A stretch of 32,117 nt of DNA from a bacterium (GTDB lineage: Bacteria; DRYD01): assembly GCA_039630415.1 (NCBI GenBank), contig JBCNVB010000029.1, positions 1 through 32,117 on the forward strand. Direction: 5' to 3'. Position 1 is the first letter of the stretch; each line of letters opens with the position of its first letter. Below the pieces are notes generated by a model. It saw only the letters and a list, made by a program, of their open reading frames with translations, made no database searches and was not told where the DNA came from. Below are positions 1-10,107 of this stretch, one piece after another. Position numbers and translations under genes: made by a program.

Positions 1-267
1 ATATTAACACTAATTAGAAACTTTGTAGCACATTTATCTAGAAGGTCATTCTTCAAATTAGCAGAATTAATACTAGACCTAGAAAATACGAATACTGAAA
101 CCAAAAGTCACATTACTATTGAAAATGTATATAGGATATTGTATAGTTCAGAAATATCTGATACAATTAATAAAATAATAAAAAATCTAAAAGTTTATTT
201 ACTTCATGAATTAGGTTTTGACAGCCGCACAGTATATTCCCTTTTTAGTTATAGAAATATCCCTTAA
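1..267 (+). CDS. 3' end of a gene entering from the left edge; putative HEPN-motif (RxxxxH) ribonuclease domain
   Basis: Frame 1 is open from base 1 to TAA at 265-267 (ILTLIRNFVAHLSRRSFF...YRNIP*). It is absent from the ORF track because it has no start in the window. RNFVAH fits the HEPN R-N-x-x-A-H motif. Confidence 0.55.
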   Translation: MLTLIRNFVAHLSRRSFFKLAELILDLENTNTETKSHITIENVYRILYSSEISDTINKIIKNLKVYLLHELGFDSRTVYSLFSYRNIP

Positions 268-297
268 TAGAAATAAACTTTCTCAAATTTTTATCTT

Positions 298-329
298 TAA
301 TTTCGTCAAATATGCATTTGACGAAATTA
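298..329. terminator. Perfect 14-bp inverted repeat between convergent genes; likely bidirectional terminator
   Basis: TAATTTCGTCAAAT (298-311), loop ATGC, ATTTGACGAAATTA (316-329); lies between the stops at 267 (+) and 395 (-). Confidence 0.55.
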
Positions 330-394
330 GTAGAGTAAAATATTTTCTATCAACTTTTGGACTTATTAGATATTTTTTGCTAACTAAGCTTGTT

Positions 395-940
395 TTATTT
401 ACTTATATTTTTACACAATTCTTTCAATCCAAAGGTGTTAACGAAAAAACTATTTTTATATTTTTTAAGTGCTTTATATATATCATTTCTTTGTTTAGAT
501 ATTTTTTCAGCATTACTTTTCGAAAGCAGATTAAAATAAGTACCATCAAGAAAAGATAAATATAATATCCTCTTTTTCACCATTGTCCAGAAAAGCGAAA
601 CATTCTTTTCTTCTTTCATTATAGTAATTAAATTCAATTTTTCAATATTTTTATTCTCTTCTATTGTGAAATCTTCAACTTCAGCAGTAATGGTTACGTT
701 GATTTGAGAATTGTTATGTTTATTAGTATTCCTATATAAAGCCTCATTGAAATCTTCTCTATTAAGTTTCACACTGGCAAGATCATAATCTCCGAACAAA
801 AGATAAATAGTCCTCAATATATTAGACTTACCGGAGTTATTTTCACCAATTAGAATAACCGGCTTATCTTTGGGAAAATCTATTTTTACTTCACTTATTG
901 ATCTATAGTTCTTGATGTATATCGATTTTAGCCAGGGAAT
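395..940 (-). pseudogene. Truncated N-terminal part of an OLD-family/AAA_15 (ABC-type) ATPase, ~181 aa
   Basis: ORF 395..817 extends in frame upstream as IPWLKSIYIKNYRSISEVKIDFPKDKPVILIGENNSGKSNIL. This has the typical 'IxIKNYRSI' start and Walker A GENNSGKS (824-847). No Walker B or TOPRIM domain before the stop. Confidence 0.7.
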
Positions 941-1066
941 AACAATTACTCCCTACAGAATTTTGTAGATATTTCATTATACTCTCAATATATTAAGTTT
1001 GCTCTTCATCAAACTGACATAACATTTTTCTTAAAGCCTTTATCTAATTTCTTTAATTCAAAATAT

Positions 1067-1669
1067 TTATTCCTTACCATTTACAACCTCATAATTAAAA
1101 TATGCAGCTATAAACTCCGGGTCTGTTGAATTTCTGAATTTTCCTCCTACTGGATAGTACCCTTCAAAATGTGAAAACATATCATTTTCAGGATATAACG
1201 ATCTAAAACTCATTTGCAAGATAATGTATCCTTTACTAAATTCGTCTATAGAATTTAGGCTCACAATTTCAAGGAAAGGAAAATATAGCCCGTATATTTT
1301 AGAATTTCTCTTCACAATAAATAAAAATTTGTAAAGGGAAGGTTCACTGGAATTTATATTACATATCCTGTAAATATTTTCTAGTTCCTCTCTTTTAAGA
1401 ATGATAATCTCAATCTTTAGTGAAACCAGAGGTTTATTGAATCTCTCTCCTATGGAAGATGTTTTTTGAATTGATGATATTTCAAAGTTTAATTTACCAG
1501 TTACAAAGCCTATCTGCCTCCAGAAGATTTCAAAATTATTGATAGTAGAATTAAAAATCTTGGTGTACATAACAAAGTGACTGTAAAAATCCTTATAGTT
1601 AATGTTTAAAAAGTACCATATACCTTCTACCATTTCAATAGATTTATGTATTACAATCAATTCCCCCAA
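1067..1669 (-). CDS. Hypothetical protein, beta-rich; pattern resembles a phage tail-tube fold
   Basis: 200-aa ORF overlapping the end of the NDT-like gene; start uncertain (TTG 1669 or ATG 1633). The resemblance is by eye only. Confidence 0.6.
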   Translation of the reverse strand: MGELIVIHKSIEMVEGIWYFLNINYKDFYSHFVMYTKIFNSTINNFEIFWRQIGFVTGKLNFEISSIQKTSSIGERFNKPLVSLKIEIIILKREELENIYRICNINSSEPSLYKFLFIVKRNSKIYGLYFPFLEIVSLNSIDEFSKGYIILQMSFRSLYPENDMFSHFEGYYPVGGKFRNSTDPEFIAAYFNYEVVNGKE

Positions 1670-2918
1670 ACAGGTTTTTTACTCTATCTTCAAGTTTAGT
1701 CTTTAAGTCTTCTAAATCTTCATAGACAATAAAGTTATACTGTTTAATATCAAAGTGAATTTCATCAAAAGTTTTATCTTTCCCATTTTCTATTTTTCGC
1801 TTTATAATTCCTATAACTTGTTTACCAGATCCCAAAGCATAACCCATTTCATATATTACACCATCATTGTTATTGGTTAGATCAGCTACTACAAATTTAC
1901 TATCTTTTATTGTAGGGAGTATAAAATTGATTATATAGTCAGCAAAATGTGTTCTATCTGCTCTTATAGCTTTATAGCCTAGTCCATCTAAAACTTTACT
2001 TATAACTTCATATACATTGTTAAATTCTTCTGAAAATGGCATAGCTACAAAAACTTTATCCCGGCATATTTCGTTTTCATAGGCTTCAACGGAAAGTGAA
2101 AAACATAATGATGGAAACATGTGCATTGCAGAAGTTTCCAAACCACCTGTTTCTAGAAACTTCAACTCCAAGTAATTTGCTAGTTGCTTAGTACTAATCA
2201 CTCTCATTAAATCTTTAGAGTCTATATCTCCTGCCTTTTTAAGTAAATCAAAATCATAAGTAAAATTAGGTAAATTATAAGTAAAAACAAGGTTGATAAA
2301 ACCTTTCTTTAAAAATTTTTTCAAATATTCATAGAAATTATCAAAATTTTTGAAGTAGCCTAATGAGTAAAGGTAAAAAAGCGTAAGAACAGAATTATTA
2401 TTAATTTTGAAAAAAGGATCTATTAAATTCTGGCATTCATTAGAATCACCATATTCTAATTCTGGTATAATCCATGGAATAACAATATATTTTGTACTGT
2501 TATTTATAAGTCTTCTACAAGCATTAATAAAAAGTTTTGTTTGATTAATAGCATATTCATTTTTTCTTAATATTTCTAGATTTTTATTAAACTGTTGTAT
2601 ATTATCAAAAGTGAATATTTCTGTGTCTTGTGTTTTTTCAAATAATGTCCTCAACCAAGAAGAAATTATAAAAAGATATGGTTACATTCTTCCCATTTCT
2701 TTAATCTCAAGGATATAATCATATACATTCTCTGAAACTCTAAACACTCCACATCTAATACATCTTACTTCAATAAAACTTTCATGATTTGGTTCCTTGT
2801 ATGAAATTGAACTACAAATAGGACAATTTTCATAATTAACATTTTCATTTGTTCTAAAGTCGAAGTATTTTTTTATCTTTAATTTTGGGGGTTTTAATTG
2901 TATATATCTTTCCCACAT
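1644..2918 (-). pseudogene. Zn-ribbon + C-terminal nucleoside 2-deoxyribosyltransferase (NDT)/TIR-like protein, interrupted by one in-frame TAA at 2682-2684
   Basis: ORFs 2682..2939 and 1644..2654 are in the same frame (…EMGRM*PYLFIISSWLRTLFEK…). The N-terminus has CPIC…CIRCG. The C-terminus has VFVAMPF…RAD…VVADLT…GVIYEMGYA…FDI. Probable ATG at 2918 after a GGGGA SD. Confidence 0.75.
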
Positions 2919-2983
2919 TCTGACAAAGTCCCCTTTCAAAATTACCTATTCCATTTGCAAACATCCTGCTGCAAAGCGATTTT

Positions 2984-5900
2984 TTATTTTGTATTGTTCA
3001 AAATCGATGTCCTTATTATTTTTTGTTCTTCATCTGTCAGATCATACAATTTAAAAACCCAATCATCTACTTGATTTTCTAGATCTTGAGTACTAAATAC
3101 AGGATTATTTTGCTTAAGATTTGTTATTTTATTGACTAAATCATGTATGTTGCTACTTAAAACTCTGTTTTCTTCTGTAATCTCAGGCACAGGTATTCTT
3201 TCTACATACTGCTTTATCCAACGATTAGAAGCCTCAGACAAAGAATAACAAACTTTAGTTATGTAAAAAAAAGAGACTGCAGAATTAAGAAAACCCAGAA
3301 GAAATGTTATTCTCTCACCTGTTAATATATAACATGTTTGGAGAGTATAAAACCTTTGCGAATCATAGCTAAATGAAGGTATCCAGCTCATTTTCTTGCC
3401 AAACTATCTTTTCCTTTTCAAATTCTGGGTAGTAATCACAATGTCTTAATTCCCACCAATAATCGCCTTGATCATCTCTGTTATATAGACCTTTACCCTT
3501 AGATTTGAAATCCTCAAAACTCTTCAAATATGAATACACAGAATGAAAAGTATTTTTGAAAAATTCTTCAGGTTCTTGTTTATCTTTATTTTTGTTAGTC
3601 CATCCAGCAGGAATCACTATCAACCACAGTCCCTTCCATTCGTAGTAGTATCTTTGTATGTCTCTTCCTTTTAAAACTGGTTTTATTATTTTCTCGGTTC
3701 TTTCTCTTTCTTCTTTTGTTCTACAGTTTTTCAAAATTTTCTCCCTAGTTTCAGTGTCTATTACGAAAGCTTCATTGAAACCTGTAATTATTCCTCTGTA
3801 TATTTTCACATTCCAATCTTTAAGCGGTTTTCCTAATTTTTCAATTTTTTCTTTTATTCCCAAAATCTTCCTATCTTCCAAAACCAAAATATCAGTTAAC
3901 ATATCTTTCTGGAACATACTCTTTTGATTCTCATATACATATTTAATGACCTGATTGTGATCTTTCAAAGTTGACGGAACATTAACAAAATAAAACTCAT
4001 GTTCTTCTTCAAACTTCCTCTTTCTTAAAATTACTATACAAGTATCTACAGACTGTTCAAAAACCGGATATCCTCCAAAATCTATAATTTTCAATATTTC
4101 ACTTTTTTCTTTTAATAGTTTTCTTAATTTGGAACCATAAGAAGCTCTCATCCATTTGTTAGAAGATATATACGCTAAAATACCATCATTCTCCAAGAGG
4201 TTTAACCCCTTCTCAAAAAAATATACATATATATCAGCTTTGGAATCAAAAACTTCATATTTTTGATTCTTAAGGGTTTCTTTGATATCTTTAATTTTTT
4301 CTTGCCTTACGTATGGAGGATTTCCTATCACAATATCAAACTTCCTATCAATAGCAAACATCCAAAAAGGATCAAACCAATTAGTAGCTTTCCTGATGCT
4401 GAGAAAAGACATCAAAACTTGCAATTTTCTCAACTTCTTCATTTTTTATCCCCGTCTTTATTAATAAATATTTCATTCTTTCCCTTATTTGTTTTGCTTT
4501 TTCCTGTAACCTTTTTTTCTGAGTTCTAGTTTTAATAGAGAAATGCTTCTTGTATATTAATTTTAGTTCTTCCTGAAGTTTTTTTGCTTCTTGGTTAACA
4601 AACTTCAATGTTCCTTCACTCTCTAATTTTATGGGAGTATTTATAGCAACAAATTTGGTTTCCAAATGAGGTAAAGGTCTTATACCAAAATTGGGCTTTG
4701 AAAAATCAACTTTCTGATCTATTAACAAACTCAGAAAAAATCTTAACTTACATATCTGAATCGCTATAGGTTGTATATCAACTCCATATAAACAGTTCTG
4801 AATAATATACAATTTCCTTGAGTAATCCGGATAATTCAGGAGTTCATCAAAGTCCTGCTCTATCTCTTTTATTGCTTGATTTATATCCATTTTCTCTCCC
4901 AACTCAGAAACTACTTTTATATCTTCTCTGGCTCTATCAAGTTGTATATCAAGCCACAAACTATTATCTGGATCCACCTTGTTAAGTATGTGAACCAATT
5001 TGTGAAGCATTCCCACAGGAAAAGCTCCAGAACCCACTGCAGGATCTAACACCTTCAAATTATCCACCGCTCTTACTATTGCCTTCCTCTCGTTTTCAGA
5101 TAAATCAATATTTTCATCACTATAAGATAGTAATTTAACTAACTTTCTTTCCTCTACCTCAGTTTTATCTTTGAAATACTCCAAAAGTGATTCATCAAGC
5201 ATAAAATCCACTATTTCCTTGGGTGTGTAATACGAACCTGTGGACTTTCTCGCTGTAGTACTAGTTTCAGGATTGTATGAAGCTAACAAGTTTTCAAAAA
5301 CATTACCTAATAACTCAGGATCCAAAGAAACCTCCACATCAATTGGAGAAGACTCATCAACCGTAAAGTTATAATCCTTAAAAATATTAATTAAACTCCT
5401 AACTTTTACTATTCGCCTCTCTCCATAAAAATCTGATAAATCTTCCTCCCGATAATCACCAAAAAACAAATAATCTGGTAATACAGCTCTCCTTTTTTCA
5501 TTCCTGCTAAATCCATCAATATATTCGTTATCTTCATCTATAAAATTTTCATCTAAACACACAAATAGACCACCATTAATGAATGGAACTCGTTCAAAGA
5601 TATTTATAAAATCTTGCTCAGAAATAAGAAGCTTATCTTGATACCTATAGAGAGTTTTTACACCATATTGAGTTCGATTCCTAAGAAAATCAGAATTTTC
5701 TGCAAATTTCCTTTCCCCCACTTCATTATTAAGTGTTGCAAAAAATAAATTCTGTAGGATAACATTGTAGTAATTACTACTACCTAAGAAATCCTTCACA
5801 ACCTTAACAAGAAACTTTGGATCAAAAATATTTTCAGGAACCAATCCCTTTTCCTTAAGAAACCATACAAAAATTAATCTTGTAATCAATCTAATCAAAT

Positions 5901-6507
5901 TCTCCTCAATCTTACCACCAGGAAAATATATAATGTTTTGTTTTGAAAGTTTAAGAGCCCAAGCATACCAATTCTGAACTTGCGTAAAAAACTGTTTCGT
6001 TAACGGATAAATCGAAAAAGATTGTTTTATCTCATCTAAACTTCCAAAACTGCATTTTAACATATTTTCATAAAATGTCCTGTTTGGCTTACCGGGACAA
6101 ACAAAATAAGTATACCTCTTGTAATAACTATACTCTATTCTTGAATAAAAAGGAACAGTGTAAACAAATGAAAACCTAAACATTTTTTCATCATTATAGA
6201 AAAAGAATAATCCAGCATCAACCTGAAAACGTGCAAGCAATTTCTTAGCCATCTCATACTGCCTCTTCTTACTACTCCTTTCATTTAAATCTGAAAGCTT
6301 AATTACAAATACCAAAACTTTTTGATATTCTAAATTAAGCTCCCCTACTTTCAATATCTCTTCTACCTTATCAAATTTTTGGGCTTCAATATCAGAAATC
6401 TTTATCCTATTTTCTAAAACTTCAAATCTCTTTAATAAAAGAAAAGATTTAAGATTATCAACCGAAAAATCGTTTATAAGATTTCTAATTATCATTTCTT
6501 GATCCAT
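2984..6507 (-). pseudogene. Type IIG / Eco57I-like fused restriction-modification enzyme (N6-adenine MTase plus TaqI_C-like specificity domain), split into three ORFs by two +1 frameshifts
   Basis: Motifs GSYYTP, DPAVGSGAF (motif I), GVDIQ, GNPPY (motif IV), WWELRHCDYYPEFEKEKIVW and a C-terminal 'VFKLYDLTDEE'. The pieces join at ~4393 and ~3391-3394. ATG 6507 follows an AAGGGGG SD. Confidence 0.88.
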
Positions 6508-6709
6508 ATAACTTGCCCCCTTACACAGCAATATAATTCTTCTGTTAAGCTTTATTTTATTAATCTTTTAGATTTAAATCTTTTGTTAACCTTTTGAATT
6601 TTTTATTTAAAACCAAAATACATTCAAGAAAATGGTTAAAGATGAAACCCAATTCTATCAAGATAACCATAAAAAGATTATCAAAAAAAAAGTTATAATA
6701 CTATACATT

Positions 6710-7040
6710 ATGGACAAGAAGTTTCCAATTGGTATTAGTTCATTTGAAGAAATAAGAGCTGGTAATTATTACTATATTGATAAGGCTCATTTTATTAAAA
6801 AACTTTGTAATCAAGGAAAATATTATTTTCTGTCTAGACCTCGCAGATTTGGTAAATCTCTATTCTTAGACACCATCAGGTGCGTTTTTGAAAACAAAAA
6901 AGAACTATTTCAAGGTCTTTTTTTTAGAAAACAATTGGGATTGGAAAAATTCATATCCCACTATTAGATTCTCTTTCGATACCTATTTTGAAAATTCTTC
7001 TGAACTCAAAAACTTTTTAAAATCAAGACAGGATTGCTAG
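6710..7040 (+). pseudogene. Remnant of an AAA-ATPase-like (PF09820-type, normally fused to a PD-(D/E)XK nuclease) gene
   Basis: MDKKFPIGISSFEEIR…YYYIDK…YFLSRPRRFGKSL is the family N-terminus. After a frameshift in T8 (6918-6925) it continues LENNWDWKNSYPTIRFSF and stops at TAG 7038-7040, far short of the usual ~500 aa. Confidence 0.85.
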
Positions 7041-7138
7041 ACTTCTTTTGCCTTCAATCTAAATATAATTTAAAAACTATAGACTTTTATTTTCTTGTTT
7101 AAAAGCTTTCATACTATCTTTTTTTCTTTATTGCTCTA

Positions 7139-8560
7139 TTATTCTATCTTTACTACTATTAGATCATAGTTTGAACCATTGTGACTAGAACCAGAAACAT
7201 AAATTTTACCGTTTTGATCTACATAGATAGAATTTCCTTCTTCACTGTTACCTCCAGCTATATTATGAACAATTACATGTCCACCAGAACCAAATGTGGT
7301 ATCTAAACTACCATCACTGTTTAACCTTGTTACTGCTAGATCAGTATCTGAAACATTGCGAGCCTGACCAGCAACATAAACCTTGCCTGTTTGATCTAGG
7401 TAGATGGAACGACCTTCTTCCCAGTTACCTCCAGCTATATTATGAACAATTACATGTCCACCAGAACCAAATGTGGTATCTAAACTACCATCGCTGTTTA
7501 ACCTTGTTACTATCAAATCTACATCTAAACTATTCCAACCTTGACCAGTAACATAAATTTTACCATTTTGATCTACATAAATGGAATAACCTCTTTCCCA
7601 GTTGCCTCCGGCTACGTTATTAAGAACAACGTGCCCTCCAGAACCAAATGTATTGTCTAAAGTGCCATTACTGTTTAGCCTTGTTACTATTAGATCTTCA
7701 TCTGAAACATTATAACTATAACCAGTGACATAAACTTTACCACTTTGATCTACGTATATTGAATAACCTACATCATCTGAATTTCCGCCAGCTATGTTAT
7801 GAAGTATAACATGTCCACTAGAACCAAACGTATTGTCTAAAGTACCATTGCTGTTTAGTCTTGTTACTATTAGATCTTCATCTGAACCATTCCAACTACA
7901 ACCAGTTATGTAAACTTTACCTGCTTGATCTACGTATATTGAATGGCCATAATCATACCAGTTACCACCAGCTATGTTATGAAGGATAACATGCCCTCCA
8001 GAACCGAATGTGGTGTCTAAACTACCATCACTGTTTAACTTTGTTACTATTAGGTCAATAATTAAACCACTGCTACTCTCACCAGTAACATAAACTTTGC
8101 CAGCTTGATCCACGTAGATTGAATTGCCTTGTTCCCAACTGTTATTGCCAACTATGTTATTAATGACAACATGTCCGCCAGAACCAAATGTGGTATCTAA
8201 ACTACCATTACTGTTTAATCTTGTTACGATTAGATCTTGATCTGAAGTATTCGAACTCTCACCAGTAACATAAATTTTACCATTTTGGTGCACGTAAATT
8301 GAATAGCCGTATTCGTGCCGGCTACCGCCAGCTATGTTATGAAAAATGACTGTAGCATCTAGGTCTCCATCATTATCTAGGTCCCTACCTAATGGAGTAC
8401 CAAAGGTATTAGAAACTTTTCCTACAGCATGTACATAACCTGAAAAATTGGTATTATCGTTGAAGCCAAAAAATCTGGCACCTCTGGATTTACAGGAGTA
8501 CATAAAAATACTGATGAATAGCGTAATTATAGGTATACAAATGATTATGAATATTTTCAT
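7139..8560 (-). CDS. Delta-60 repeat beta-propeller protein, probable lipoprotein
   Basis: Hydrophobic leader ending MYS-C23. Seven ~59-60-aa units of the type SIYVDQxGKxYVTG…DLIVTRLNSDGSLDTTFGSGG. Confidence 0.85.
   Translation of the reverse strand: MKIFIIICIPIITLFISIFMYSCKSRGARFFGFNDNTNFSGYVHAVGKVSNTFGTPLGRDLDNDGDLDATVIFHNIAGGSRHEYGYSIYVHQNGKIYVTGESSNTSDQDLIVTRLNSNGSLDTTFGSGGHVVINNIVGNNSWEQGNSIYVDQAGKVYVTGESSSGLIIDLIVTKLNSDGSLDTTFGSGGHVILHNIAGGNWYDYGHSIYVDQAGKVYITGCSWNGSDEDLIVTRLNSNGTLDNTFGSSGHVILHNIAGGNSDDVGYSIYVDQSGKVYVTGYSYNVSDEDLIVTRLNSNGTLDNTFGSGGHVVLNNVAGGNWERGYSIYVDQNGKIYVTGQGWNSLDVDLIVTRLNSDGSLDTTFGSGGHVIVHNIAGGNWEEGRSIYLDQTGKVYVAGQARNVSDTDLAVTRLNSDGSLDTTFGSGGHVIVHNIAGGNSEEGNSIYVDQNGKIYVSGSSHNGSNYDLIVVKIE
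7150..8350 (-). repeat. Intragenic tandem repeats of 177-180 bp encoding the propeller blades
   Basis: For example, 7247-7315 is identical to 7424-7492 (69 bp, offset 177). The units near 7642 and 7822 are offset by 180. Confidence 0.9.
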
Positions 8561-8830
8561 TTTTTCTTTCCCAATTTTCTATAAATGAGGAGCCTATATT
8601 AAAAATTTATACCTATGACTATTAATATCCTACCATACACTTTTAGGAAGTTTACAGATTTTTCTATCAAAAAGGCAGGTGGTTTAGCAATACTTCGAAT
8701 TAGGATAACACCTGAATTTACAGGAATAAACTGAAATGTTAGTGAATAATCTAACTACAGAAAGGAATTTATAAAGTTTAGAATTATAACTACCCTACTC
8801 TGCTTGGCTTATAGAATTTGTAAACAACGT

Positions 8831-10054
8831 ATGAAAAATTATAGATGGATATTTATCATCTCTGGTTTAGTGATAAACTTATGTTTGGGTTCTATTTATT
8901 CATATAGTGTTTTGCAAATACACTTGAAAAAATTTTTTGAAAATGTGTATGGTTTGAAAATAAGTGCAACAGAGATGCAAATACCTTTTCTTTTGTCGCT
9001 TGCTTTATTTTCTTTTTCTATGCCTTTAGCAGGAAGACTTATAGAGAGATTTAGTCCTCGAAAGGTTAGTATAGTAGGAGCTATTTTTTTAGGATCTGGA
9101 TGGTTTTTAGCATCATTTGCAAAATCACCCTTGGAATTAGCAATATTGTATGGTATTATTGTAGGATTGGGAGTAGGTATTATTTATAACTGTCCTTTAT
9201 CAGTAGTAACTAGATGGTTTATTCAAAACAGAGGATTAGCCATAGGTTTAACAGTACTAGGTTTTGGATTGTCTCCGGCTTTGTTAAGTCCCATAATAGA
9301 CTTACTAGTATATACTTATGGTCTCCAAAAATCTCTTAAATTGATAGGAGTTACTCTTTTCTTGGTTGTATTAACTTTTTCATATTTTCTGAGATTTCCA
9401 GACAAAAATGAATCACAGAACGTTAATCAATTTCAAGAAGTAGGAGGAATAAGTACTTCTCAGATGCTAAAGAAGCATTCTTTTTATGGCTTATGGATAT
9501 GTTTCTTTACTATGAATTTCATTGGTTTAATAGCTATTGGTATTTCTAAACCTATGGGATTAGAAGTTGCTAGAAATTGTGGTATACCAGAACAAGAGAT
9601 ATCGAATACCTTAACTCTATTTATGATTCCTTTTGCATTATCAAATGGGATAGGAAGACCATTATTTGGTTTTTTAACAGACAAATTTAAACCCAAAACT
9701 ACTGCTACATTATCATTCTTATCTATTCTAGTAGCAATAGGCTTGATATATTTTAATGATAGTTCATTACTAGCTTATGGAATTTCATTTAGTATTTTCT
9801 GGATGAATTTAGGAGGTTGGATGGCTATAGCTCCTACTACTACTTCAATGTTCTTCGGACTAAAAAACTATTCTAGTAACTATGGAGTAGTATTTACAGC
9901 TTATGGCGTAGGAGCTATTCTAGGAAATCTTACTGTAGGTATAGTAAAAGATATAACTGGATCTTTTATTAATGTTTTCCCCATACTATCAATTCTTATT
10001 ATAATGGCGATAATCATAGTACAGTTATATCTAAATTTCAATTTCACGAAATAG
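8831..10054 (+). CDS. MFS transporter, oxalate/formate antiporter (OFA) family
   Basis: About 12 hydrophobic segments. Motifs CLGSIYSYSV, RWF…RGLAIG, NGIGRPLFGFLTDK, FFGLKNYSSNYG. ATG 8831 preferred over TTG 8804. Confidence 0.88.
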   Translation: MKNYRWIFIISGLVINLCLGSIYSYSVLQIHLKKFFENVYGLKISATEMQIPFLLSLALFSFSMPLAGRLIERFSPRKVSIVGAIFLGSGWFLASFAKSPLELAILYGIIVGLGVGIIYNCPLSVVTRWFIQNRGLAIGLTVLGFGLSPALLSPIIDLLVYTYGLQKSLKLIGVTLFLVVLTFSYFLRFPDKNESQNVNQFQEVGGISTSQMLKKHSFYGLWICFFTMNFIGLIAIGISKPMGLEVARNCGIPEQEISNTLTLFMIPFALSNGIGRPLFGFLTDKFKPKTTATLSFLSILVAIGLIYFNDSSLLAYGISFSIFWMNLGGWMAIAPTTTSMFFGLKNYSSNYGVVFTAYGVGAILGNLTVGIVKDITGSFINVFPILSILIIMAIIIVQLYLNFNFTK

Positions 10055-10107
10055 GTAGAGTAAGAGGTAAAAAAGATGAATGTAAATAATAATAATATGA
10101 TTAGGGG

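Noticed and set aside
218-559. 113-aa + strand ORF
   Set aside because: F/I-rich antisense shadow of the ATPase remnant; it also overlaps the HEPN-motif frame and the hairpin.
3658-4529. Short + strand ORFs (3658, 4263, 4282)
   Set aside because: Antisense to the RM gene, with no motifs.
6545-6600. Loose TTAA(N)CTTT direct repeats between the divergent RM and AAA genes
   Set aside because: Irregular spacing and expected by chance in very AT-rich DNA.
7150-8350. Regular repeats considered as a CRISPR array or DGR template/variable pair
   Set aside because: The period is 177-180 bp, in frame within one ORF with synonymous changes; no RT or cas genes, and the differences are not adenine-specific.
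8615-8734. 39-codon ORF (MTINILPY…TGIN) and a CAGGTG/CACCTG pairing upstream of the MFS gene; possible riboswitch
   Set aside because: No riboswitch consensus I can recognise and no SD; an Rfam/Infernal scan would be needed.
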